From an uncultured Verrucomicrobiae bacterium (GTDB lineage Bacteria; Verrucomicrobiota; Verrucomicrobiia; Chthoniobacterales; JAFAMB01): 64,000 nt of DNA. The stretch lies in contig CAVXLD010000005.1 in the NCBI GenBank assembly GCA_963762565.1, positions 96,001 through 160,000 of the forward strand. Reading direction: 5' to 3'. Position numbers and translations under genes: made by a program. Shown here one piece after another: positions 27,582-36,496 of the stretch (within the stretch, counting starts at the first letter, position 1; each line of letters starts with the position of its first letter). Under the pieces are notes generated by a model. It saw only the letters and a program-made list of their open reading frames with translations, was not told the origin of the DNA and made no database searches.

Positions 27582-30008
27582 ATGCAGACATTTCTTCAGG
27601 ACATTCGATTCGGAATCCGCAGGTTCAGAAAAGATCCGGCTTTTATGGTGGTGACGATTGTCACGTTGGCTCTGGGAATCGGTGCAACCAGCGCGATTTT
27701 CAGCGTCGTTAACGGGGTGCTGCTCCGGCCGCTTCCGTTTCCCCATTCGGAACGGGTGGTGATGCTGATGGAGCAAACCAAAGCCTTTCCGAGGCTTTCA
27801 GTCTCTTACCAGAACTTTGTCGATTGGCGGGCCAGAGCGCAATCCTTCGAATCAGTGGCCGCGGTTCGGAACGCTGTAGTCACACTAAGCGGGGCGGGCG
27901 AGCCGGAACGGTTACCTGCTCAAATGACGACCGCTAATCTCTTTAGTACGCTGGGCATCGACATAACCGAGGGCCGCCCTTTTACCGCGGAAGAAGATCG
28001 AGCCGGTGGTCCGGGTGTAGTGCTGATCAGCCATGGTTTGTGGGAAAGACGTTTCGGCGGAACGAAAGATGTCATTGGCCGATCATTAACGCTGGATAAC
28101 AAACCGTACACGGTTATTGGAGTGTTACCTCCGGGCTACCAGGTCTTACTTCAAATGCCGGACGTCGTGCTGCCATTTGAACCCTGGGCAAAGACCCTTC
28201 CCGATGACCGGGCATGGCATCCCGGGATTGTTCCTATTGCCCGACTCAAACCGGGAGTTTCGTTGGAACAAGCTCGCAGCGAAATGACCGTTATCGCTAA
28301 AGCGCTGGAAAAACAGTATCCGGTTTACGACACGGGCACGGGTGCATTCGTAAACCTGATTCAAGACCAGATGGTGGAGAACGCCCGTCCGGCTCTCCTG
28401 GTGTTATTAGGAGCAGTCGGGTTGGTCTTGCTGATCGCTTGTACCAACGTCGCCAATCTATTGTTAGCGAACTCTGCTGGACGTCACCAGGAATTCGCAG
28501 TGCGTCGCGCCATCGGCTCCAGCCGGTTCCGGATCTTTCGTCAATTACTAACGGAAAGTATCCTGTTATCGATTGCCAGCGCAGTATTGGGGTTATTGCT
28601 GGCCTGGGCCGCAGTCCCGGTCTTGGTCGGACTGGCGGGACCGAGTTTACCTTTTGGTAACCGGGTTTCAATTGATTGGTCGGTCCTGTTATTCACTATC
28701 GCCGTGGCGACCTTTGCCGGCATTTTGTTTGGGTTAGCGCCATTACGTTACGTCATCCGGATGGGCGTGCCCGAGACCTTGAACGTCGCGGTAAAAGGCG
28801 GTGCAACCCGTAGCGCATCCATGATGCGGGCTGGGTTAGTGATAACGCAGATTGCCGTAGCCGTCCTTTTACTGGTAGGCGCCGGACTATTGCTGCACAG
28901 CTTTGAGCGCTTGGTTGCAGTTGCTCCCGGATTCAGCCCGGATCACATCTTGATCGCGGATATTCCGTTATCACCAAATTCACATAGCAAACCGAACGAG
29001 CGGGTGGACTTTTACGAGCGCATACTGGAGCAGACGGCGACGTTGCCAGGCGTTAGTGCTGCCGCTGCTTCCTCGGTTGTGCCATTGAGCCCGACGGCCT
29101 CGGCTTTATACTTCAATATTCGGGGACGGCCACCCCTAAACAACCAATATTCACTCGCCAATTATCGGGCGGTTAGTCCGAACTATTTCGGGGCGATGCG
29201 AATTCCATTACAACAAGGCCGTTTGTTCCAGGACACGGATCGGGAAAATCATCCGCCAACGGTGATCATCAATAGCACGTTCGCCCGGACTTTTTTCGGT
29301 AATCAATCACCGCTGGGACAATACATGCAAGTTGGCGGGCTGCCGGATGATGAAGTTCCCTGGATGGAAATCGTGGGGATAGTAGGGGACGTGAAACAAG
29401 CGTTAAGCGGTGAAGCACCGGCCGAGTATTATATTCCTTACCGGCAGGTAGACGGCGTATTACCGGTCCAGTTTCTGTCGCTGGTTGTACGTACGGAAAG
29501 TAACCCGCAAGCGTTGGCGAAGTCGGTGGAACGCGTGGTGCATCAGATTGATCCGAATCAGCCGGTGACAAAGATCCGCAGCATGGAAGACAATATTGCG
29601 GATTCGATTTCCGAGCCGCGTTTTCGGACGGTGTTGTTAACGCTTTTTGCGGGGATCGCACTGGCCTTAGCTGGGATCGGCATTTTCAGCGTCATGGCTT
29701 ACACGGTAACCCAGCAGACGCGCGAGATCGGCGTCCGGGTGGCTCTGGGAGCTTCCCGCAGCCAGATTTTCAGTCTGACGCTTGGTTATACGATACGTCT
29801 GACCGTGATCGGTATGATACTGGGATTGGCAGCTTCATTTCTGCTAACTCGGTATGTGGCCGCCTTTTTGTTCCAGGTACCAAGTTATGACCTGATTACC
29901 CTGACCGGCACAGCGCTGGTTATCGTGGCGGTCGCGATTGCGGCGTCCTATATGCCGGCTCGCCGGGCTACTGGGATCGATCCAGCGAAGGCGTTAAGGC
30001 AGAACTAG
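27582..30008 (+). CDS. ABC transporter permease, duplicated MacB/FtsX (ADOP family)
   Basis: QDIRFGIR..RKDP.F...IVTLALGIGATSAIFSVV; LLIACTNVANLLLA; TREIGVRVALGA; PARRATGIDP..ALR. Confidence 0.92.
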   Translation: MQTFLQDIRFGIRRFRKDPAFMVVTIVTLALGIGATSAIFSVVNGVLLRPLPFPHSERVVMLMEQTKAFPRLSVSYQNFVDWRARAQSFESVAAVRNAVVTLSGAGEPERLPAQMTTANLFSTLGIDITEGRPFTAEEDRAGGPGVVLISHGLWERRFGGTKDVIGRSLTLDNKPYTVIGVLPPGYQVLLQMPDVVLPFEPWAKTLPDDRAWHPGIVPIARLKPGVSLEQARSEMTVIAKALEKQYPVYDTGTGAFVNLIQDQMVENARPALLVLLGAVGLVLLIACTNVANLLLANSAGRHQEFAVRRAIGSSRFRIFRQLLTESILLSIASAVLGLLLAWAAVPVLVGLAGPSLPFGNRVSIDWSVLLFTIAVATFAGILFGLAPLRYVIRMGVPETLNVAVKGGATRSASMMRAGLVITQIAVAVLLLVGAGLLLHSFERLVAVAPGFSPDHILIADIPLSPNSHSKPNERVDFYERILEQTATLPGVSAAAASSVVPLSPTASALYFNIRGRPPLNNQYSLANYRAVSPNYFGAMRIPLQQGRLFQDTDRENHPPTVIINSTFARTFFGNQSPLGQYMQVGGLPDDEVPWMEIVGIVGDVKQALSGEAPAEYYIPYRQVDGVLPVQFLSLVVRTESNPQALAKSVERVVHQIDPNQPVTKIRSMEDNIADSISEPRFRTVLLTLFAGIALALAGIGIFSVMAYTVTQQTREIGVRVALGASRSQIFSLTLGYTIRLTVIGMILGLAASFLLTRYVAAFLFQVPSYDLITLTGTALVIVAVAIAASYMPARRATGIDPAKALRQN

Positions 30009-30254
30009 TGCAAGGTGAGAGGTGATTAGTGATTAGTGATTGGTGATTGGGGGGCGATCAGGGGAGGGCGCGCGTCCCCGCGCCGCGAGGACGTGCCACA
30101 ACCTAAACGCGTATTTTCGTCCGCGATCGCAACATATCCTCGGCTTCGGTAACAATCCGGCGGCTGCCGGACGGGGACGCGATCCCTCCCGGGCGATGGG
30201 CGAAGGCCGGATTCGACGACGAGAACGCAGGCCCCGAACGGCGCCATCCTACGA

Positions 30255-31151
30255 CTAATACCCGATTTCCTGTTTGGCCACAGCGCAGTGGCTGCGGGTG
30301 AGGTTCAGCGCCGCGTTCAATGTTTCGATCCGGTCGATCATCACGCTCCAGTCCACATAATCTGTACGCAGCTTCCACCAGATCGCCAACCAGCCGCGCG
30401 GGACAGTCAATCGTGTTCTGACCTCAGCGAGAACTTGCGGCTGGTTGTAAGCCTCGATCAAAGCCAGCGAACACGGCACCCATTGTTCCGCAGAAACACA
30501 TCCCATCAAATCCTGGAGAAAGACAAGTAGATCGTCGGCGTGTCTTTCGACCGCCGGCAGGGACTTATCGTGGATCAGCTCAAAATCAATGAGCCGGGCC
30601 TGGTCAGACTCGAGGTCGTAAAGCAGGTTTTCAAGATGCGGATCTCCATGAGACCAATAATCGCCGAGTTGGCTGCACCGGAGGCCATGCGCTCGACGCA
30701 ATTCTTTGCCAGCCGCTTGGATCGCCTGGATAGCAAACGGCGAATCAGTGACCCATTCTCGCAGACTTTTTCCCGGCACGATTCCTACGCATACGGTGCG
30801 TCTGCCTTCAGAGAAGACTTGGAGAGACCGACCGTACAACAGACGGAAACAACCAACTTCCCAGGATTGCCATTTTTTGAGGTCGATCCACAGATGGATG
30901 CGAGCTCGAGCGACAAAAAAGAAAAGATTCGCGAAAACGGCGATCAACCCACTACCCAGCTGCCGCCGTTTAATCCACATTAGACAGTTACCGCGTTTTT
31001 CTCGGCTGATCGCGTTGACTTTGATTGATTCGATCGTACTCGCCAATCTGGATAAAGCGTCTAGGCGGGCGCGTCTGATTGTCTGCGCACAATATGGGAG
31101 GATTCTGAGACCACACAAAAAGGAACGCCTCTTCCTATTCACTGAGAACAT
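30255..31151 (-). CDS. kinase-like/phosphotransferase-fold hypothetical protein (start uncertain)
   Basis: HGDPHLENLLYD...RLIDFE catalytic-loop and DFx motifs. Confidence 0.65.
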   Translation of the reverse strand: MFSVNRKRRSFLCGLRILPYCAQTIRRARLDALSRLASTIESIKVNAISREKRGNCLMWIKRRQLGSGLIAVFANLFFFVARARIHLWIDLKKWQSWEVGCFRLLYGRSLQVFSEGRRTVCVGIVPGKSLREWVTDSPFAIQAIQAAGKELRRAHGLRCSQLGDYWSHGDPHLENLLYDLESDQARLIDFELIHDKSLPAVERHADDLLVFLQDLMGCVSAEQWVPCSLALIEAYNQPQVLAEVRTRLTVPRGWLAIWWKLRTDYVDWSVMIDRIETLNAALNLTRSHCAVAKQEIGY

Positions 31152-31335
31152 TGATTCTTGTTGTAACGGATGATAAGAGACCGTTAGGAAGCAGGGACTT
31201 ACTCACCTGAGTCCGTAGGCGTTAAGGCGATATCGTGCGGAGCTGGGAGCGACAGCTAAACAACAATTCCTCTTTGAACTGATTGATAATGTAGTTGTAT
31301 CTCAAATGTTACAATATTGTAACAAAGTCAACTAA

Positions 31336-31977
31336 TCAATGCCACACCAAAGAGGTAAGGGTAAAGACAAGTAAAATTGCAACAATCGCTAACGCGACCC
31401 GCCATTCACCGAGTGTCGGTTTCCAGTCAAATGCTATTTTTTCTGCTCCTGACCACGGAGTCAGTCGCGGAAGAAGCCGCGGTACATTCTGACAGTATTC
31501 TTCGTATTGGTGCCCGAAAGTTCGTGTTAAGAACTGTTCTTCGGCTGGGATAACCGCAAAGTAAAAGACCGCGAAGACCGCAAAGTATGGAATGAGAGCG
31601 ATCCAGCTCGATAGCAGACCTACCATGCCTAACCCTATGAGCATGCTCCCAAGGTAGATCGGGTTCCGCACAAAACTATAGAGGCCGCCCGTTGACAGCC
31701 GTGGCGCTTCGATTTGTTCCGTCCGGGTGTGGCGCCCGGCAAAGCCATCCGCCAGTGAGCGTATCCCTAGGCCCAGTAAGACGAGAATTGCGGACAAGAC
31801 CTTCCAAGCCGGCCAATCATTCCATTGCGGCCGAGCTCTAATCAAGAAAGCTGCCAGAAACGCGATAGTCAGTCCGAACAACAAGCGATGGGCGAAAAAT
31901 TTCCGACCCACCATTATTGCGAATCGTTTCCATGAACGGGCCGGCCCAGACGATCGCTGCTCAATCTCCGGCGTCAT
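31336..31977 (-). CDS. isoprenylcysteine carboxyl-methyltransferase/PEMT family membrane protein
   Basis: LSTGGLYSFVRNPIYLG; EEQFL...FG..YEEYC..VPR. Confidence 0.88.
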   Translation of the reverse strand: MTPEIEQRSSGPARSWKRFAIMVGRKFFAHRLLFGLTIAFLAAFLIRARPQWNDWPAWKVLSAILVLLGLGIRSLADGFAGRHTRTEQIEAPRLSTGGLYSFVRNPIYLGSMLIGLGMVGLLSSWIALIPYFAVFAVFYFAVIPAEEQFLTRTFGHQYEEYCQNVPRLLPRLTPWSGAEKIAFDWKPTLGEWRVALAIVAILLVFTLTSLVWH

Positions 31978-32064
31978 GTAAAACAGATAGCCACAGATAG
32001 GCCTCAGTTCCTTTTATCTGCGTAAATCCGTGTTTATCTGCGGTTGGTCCTCTCTTCGCGGTTC

Positions 32065-33189
32065 CTACAAATAATACTCGATTTCCGGTTTGGCTATTTT
32101 GACGTCTTCCCAGGGCATTCCAAAACGGATCCGGTGCCAGGCGTTGTTCATGTACCCCTTAAAATTCCAGACACTTTCCGGGGATTCAGGCTGGGTGTTG
32201 GCGGCGGAATCCCAGGCCCGGGCGCAGACGAGTTCGCCGACGAGCAACTTTGGAATCAGCACTTGCCATCTTCTCCAAATGCCGGGTTCAGGCGGATCTT
32301 GAAAAGAAGCTTCGCGCCACTTCAACGGATCACCGTATCCAATATCGACTCGCACAACATGGCGATTCCCGCCTGCGGTGGCGTAGCCTTTAACTAAGAG
32401 CGCGCCGGAGACATCTTCGATCGCGCAGATACATGAATTAACCGACAGTTCGCCCAGCTCCAGAGCGTGTTCCCAATCGGCGCTAGCGGACGATACCTCG
32501 GACGAGAACAATCGGTAGGCGTGGGCGTGGTACAGATTTTTGGAAGGCTGGGCGAGCAGATTGATTTCTTTCAGCCATTTCACGCTGCGCGCTCCGATGT
32601 AGCCGGGGACGATCGTTCGCAAAGGAGCACCGTGCTCTTGAGCCAGAGGGCGGTTATTCATCTCCCACGCGAGTAGTACATCGCCCTGGAGCGCCCGGCT
32701 CAGCGGGATCGATCCGCCGAAGTGAACTTCGGTGCCTTCTTTCAGACAGCGGTCTGCGCCGATAAACTCAACATGTCGCGCCCGATCGTCGAACCCGGTA
32801 AAATGGAGAACGTCGGTTAGCGAACAGCCTTTCCATCCGGCGTTACTGATCGCTTCATTCCCCCAACCGACCTCATGGGGGACCGGCTTGATGGCGGAGG
32901 CGCTGGAGCGCCGGTTCCCGGCGCACTGAAGCGTGGCCGCGATTTCCTTAACCGGGAAACGTTCGGCCAGTTCTTGCAGCGAGAACTGGCAGGGACGTTG
33001 GGCCAGTCCTCCAACCGTTAGCCGATGAGTCGCATCGTTAAGTTCGGGAATATCGCCGTGGGTGCGAATAAAGAAGTCTTCGACCGGCGTAGCGAACTCT
33101 TCAATGAGCCGGTCCAGCGGAGGGCCGCCATTCGGCGGGGTTTCTTGATGAAAAATGAAATCGGGATGCTTATTGAACGGCGCGCCCAT
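32065..33189 (-). CDS. sulfite oxidase family molybdopterin enzyme
   Basis: FFIRTHG; TLQCAGNRR Mo-Cys; EHGAPLR..VPGYIGARSVKWL; WNFKGYMNNAWHR. Confidence 0.92.
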   Translation of the reverse strand: MGAPFNKHPDFIFHQETPPNGGPPLDRLIEEFATPVEDFFIRTHGDIPELNDATHRLTVGGLAQRPCQFSLQELAERFPVKEIAATLQCAGNRRSSASAIKPVPHEVGWGNEAISNAGWKGCSLTDVLHFTGFDDRARHVEFIGADRCLKEGTEVHFGGSIPLSRALQGDVLLAWEMNNRPLAQEHGAPLRTIVPGYIGARSVKWLKEINLLAQPSKNLYHAHAYRLFSSEVSSASADWEHALELGELSVNSCICAIEDVSGALLVKGYATAGGNRHVVRVDIGYGDPLKWREASFQDPPEPGIWRRWQVLIPKLLVGELVCARAWDSAANTQPESPESVWNFKGYMNNAWHRIRFGMPWEDVKIAKPEIEYYL

Positions 33190-33255
33190 GCCCCATTTTA
33201 TCCCGTGAAAGGTGAAACGTGAAAGGTAAAAGCGCAGCCTGCTTTTTTGCGTCTT

Positions 33256-34524
33256 TTATCGGTTTGTGTTCGGAGCCAACACGTTGACGATCGATTCGAA
33301 GATTGTGCCGCTGGCGTTCTTGTAATTGCCCTCTTCGTCAAAGGCGCTTTGAGAGTAGGTAGTTACAATGGTCACGGTTAGTTTCCTGGCGGGAAGATAG
33401 CCTGCGATTGCGCCGCAGCCGGCGAAGTTTTTGGATTGCGTGACCCACGAACCAAGGATCACGACGCCGAGTCCGTAGTTGCGCTCTTTAGTGTTTTGCT
33501 GGCAACTGGGGCAGTTCGGGTCCGGATGGCCGAAGCCAATCAGGTTCGGATTGATCTGAGCGGCGGACGATTCTTTGGAGAGCAGTTTGCCGGTACCGAC
33601 GGCTTCTATCGATTTAGCCAGGTCGTTAATGTCCGTTGTTTGCACCGCGCCTTCGGCTGTGGTCCAGGATGGGTTCCAAAAGGTTGATTCTTCGTAGAGA
33701 ATCGAGCTGGCGGGGACGCCGAGCTCGCCCCGGCGTTCGGAACTGAAGCTGTGGAGGATCGGCGCCGGGATCTCGGGTGTATCGATGCTCTGCGTCTGCT
33801 TCAGGTCCATCGGCCCGCAGATATATTTCTGCATGGCGGTTGCTAACGGTAAACCGGTGATCATCTCCAGGACCCGTCCCAGGATGACGTAGTTAGTGTG
33901 CGAATAGGCCCAATTCGTGCCCGGCTCAAATAGCAGTGGTCTGCTAGTGCCGATCCGGATCAGATCGTCGGAAGACCATTGCCGGAAAGGATCGAGACTG
34001 AGGGCATGGGTAACCTCCGGCTGATAGACATAATCGGCGTATCCAGATGTCATGTTGGCGAGATTCTTCAGAGTGATCCGATCGGCGGATGGCAGGTCGG
34101 GCAAAAACTCGCTCAACTTAGTATCCAGGCTCACTTTCTTCTGATCGACCATTTCCAGGAGCATGGTTGACATGTAGGTGAAAGCCATGGCGCCGTTCCG
34201 AAAATGCATCGGCACCGTTGCCGGCACCCCGGTCATCGATTCACCTTCGGCTTCGGTGTAGATATTTTGGCCGCCGGAATTCACCGCCGCGATGATGGCT
34301 TTCACGCCGTATCGTTTTGCCGCGTCATGGACAATCGCTTCGACGGCCGGGATTTGTTGTTGGAGTGCGAGCTCAGGAGTGGTGGCGGTGTCGTGGCGGC
34401 TGGGGGTGGGAGAGGGCGTGGGGGGTGCAGCGTCGGAGGCAGAAATGACAAACGACAGGCGAAGCGCATAGCCAATAGCCAATAGCCGATAGCCGATATT
34501 AAAGGGGAACGACAAGGAGTGCAT
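33256..34524 (-). CDS. beta-lactamase-fold (serine hydrolase family) protein lacking SxxK
   Basis: FRNGAMAF where FRxGSxxK is expected; LANMTSG; FEPGTNWAYSHTNYVILG. Confidence 0.82.
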   Translation of the reverse strand: MHSLSFPFNIGYRLLAIGYALRLSFVISASDAAPPTPSPTPSRHDTATTPELALQQQIPAVEAIVHDAAKRYGVKAIIAAVNSGGQNIYTEAEGESMTGVPATVPMHFRNGAMAFTYMSTMLLEMVDQKKVSLDTKLSEFLPDLPSADRITLKNLANMTSGYADYVYQPEVTHALSLDPFRQWSSDDLIRIGTSRPLLFEPGTNWAYSHTNYVILGRVLEMITGLPLATAMQKYICGPMDLKQTQSIDTPEIPAPILHSFSSERRGELGVPASSILYEESTFWNPSWTTAEGAVQTTDINDLAKSIEAVGTGKLLSKESSAAQINPNLIGFGHPDPNCPSCQQNTKERNYGLGVVILGSWVTQSKNFAGCGAIAGYLPARKLTVTIVTTYSQSAFDEEGNYKNASGTIFESIVNVLAPNTNR

Positions 34525-34614
34525 GGGGGGTTGTGATATTTTGCCAGAATAGGAATCGCACGCCAAGACGCAAAAAGGGAAGAGGACGCGATTAGTGATT
34601 GGTGATTGGTGATT

Positions 34615-34826
34615 GGTAGGGCGAGGCTCCCGAAAGAGCGTGGGATTGATCAAAGCTCAGCCGCCCAAACCTCACCAATCAACAAGCTACGTACCTAAAA
34701 CGTGCCGAGCCGTGGTCTGTCATGGGCCACGGCTCGGCGCGTCTCTTGGCCTCGCTCAATGGTTGTTCCAGTGCAGGTAATCTTCCCTTGGTCAATGGCT
34801 CGGTCTTGCGGGAGCATCGCCCTACC
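34615..34826. mobile_element. GTAG-type REPIN-like element (homologue 43833-44041, partial at 59173), nested within GTGATTG/CAATCAC arrays
   Basis: ggtagggcgaggctcccg ... cgggagcatcgccctacc; inner gccgagccgtgg...ccacggctcggc hairpin. Confidence 0.78.
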
Positions 34827-34858
34827 AGGCTTCGGCCCCACCAATCACCAATCACCAA

Positions 34859-36256
34859 TCACTTCACCACGGCCGGCGTCTCGTCTTTCTGGCGTTCGAT
34901 GTAGCCGTATACCTCAGGGAGGATAAATATAGCGGATAGGAAGGCGATGAGTGACGAGAGCGAGACTATGGCTGTCGCTATGGAGATACCTACGTGTTCG
35001 AACAGGACCGGGAATAGGAAGATGGTAACGAAATTGGGTAGTTTGACGAAGATATAACCGAACCCGGAGGCGGTGGCTTTGTATCTAGAGGGAGCGACCA
35101 TTGAGCAGATCGTCATCCCATTGGATGCAGACCAGTAATGGAACCACATTAGAGAGGCAGCGGCGATTGGGAGCGCGATTCTCCAGTCCAGGGCGAGGAA
35201 GATTGCTGCCGCCACTAATGAAAGCCAGGTCCCGCCAAAACCCCATTGAGAGATACCGCGATGACCTAGTTTCGGTGTGATCGCAGGAGCAACAAATCCG
35301 CTGATCGTGGCGATGACATAGATCCCAGCTAAGAGAAAGTTAATGCTCACCATGTCCTTGATTCCGATTAGCAAGAAAATGATCGGAAGATAAAAGCCAA
35401 ACGCGGAGAACTCGATTCCTTGGGCCGCGTTCGAGATCCAGGCGTAAATACTGGCTCGCCGGCGGGTCTTGTCGCTCCAGATATCCGCTAGAAAGTCGCG
35501 GGTGCGCGGTCGCTGGACCTGGTAATCTTCATCCGGCAACATGTCCAACGGGTCATTGAATATCTGTTTAGCGACTTTCTTGGCTTGTTTAAATTTGCCG
35601 GATTGAATCAGGGAAAGAGCGGTATCAGAAATATCGAGCCGCATCAGGAAAAGGATGAGGGCAGGAACGGCTCCTAAGGCGAGCCCGATTCGCCAGAGCA
35701 AATCGTGGTTCATGCCGCTGAGGAACATGATTGTGACCACGATGATACAGCCGACCTCGCCCAGACCGAACATACCTTGCCAACGGTTGCCCATGACTTC
35801 GCGTTTACCTTTCGGCATCGATTCCATGATGTAGGCGTAGCCGGAGGCGACATCGCTCCCCAACGGTATACCGAGCAACAATCGGATTATAACGAGTTCC
35901 CACATGTTATGGGCGAAAGCCTGAGTTATGGCTAGAACAACAAATAGCGCCATGGTAGTCAGGAAAACCACGCGGCGCCCAAGACGATCGGCTGCCCAAC
36001 CGCCGATCACGGCGCCGATTAACGCACCCAATTGTACTGAAGCCGATGCCAGGCCCAGTAAGGCTGCATCTGGCTTGAACTCGTCTTTGATGAAGATCAA
36101 CAGAAACGAGATCGAGTACAGGTCCCATGCTTCGATCAGAATGGTGGTGATCATCAGCCAACCGGTACGGGTACCCGTTTGTGTCCCTTCCATGTTGAGC
36201 ACATGGGCCGCGGCGCTATCAGACAACTTTTGCAGTTCTTCCTGACTGGAAATCAT
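34859..36256 (-). CDS. MFS transporter (sugar-porter-like)
   Basis: GGWAADRLGRR motif A; about 12 TM helices; LPE near the C-terminus. Confidence 0.9.
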   Translation of the reverse strand: MISSQEELQKLSDSAAAHVLNMEGTQTGTRTGWLMITTILIEAWDLYSISFLLIFIKDEFKPDAALLGLASASVQLGALIGAVIGGWAADRLGRRVVFLTTMALFVVLAITQAFAHNMWELVIIRLLLGIPLGSDVASGYAYIMESMPKGKREVMGNRWQGMFGLGEVGCIIVVTIMFLSGMNHDLLWRIGLALGAVPALILFLMRLDISDTALSLIQSGKFKQAKKVAKQIFNDPLDMLPDEDYQVQRPRTRDFLADIWSDKTRRRASIYAWISNAAQGIEFSAFGFYLPIIFLLIGIKDMVSINFLLAGIYVIATISGFVAPAITPKLGHRGISQWGFGGTWLSLVAAAIFLALDWRIALPIAAASLMWFHYWSASNGMTICSMVAPSRYKATASGFGYIFVKLPNFVTIFLFPVLFEHVGISIATAIVSLSSLIAFLSAIFILPEVYGYIERQKDETPAVVK

Positions 36257-36496
36257 CGAGGCTCCTTGGGGGGTTAAGGGGTTGGGGCGAAGGTGAATGG
36301 TACGATGGGGGCATGACAAATGACAAATGACAAATGACAGAACGGGGAAGAGCGGCGCCGGAAGAAAAATTCTCACGCAAGGACCCAGCCCGCAACGCTT
36401 CGCGTAGCGATGCGGGCGTGGCGCAAAGGCGCAAAGGGAAGACGAATCCGGAAAAGCTGCGAGAGAGCGCAGAGAAACACTAGCGTTGTGTAAAAA

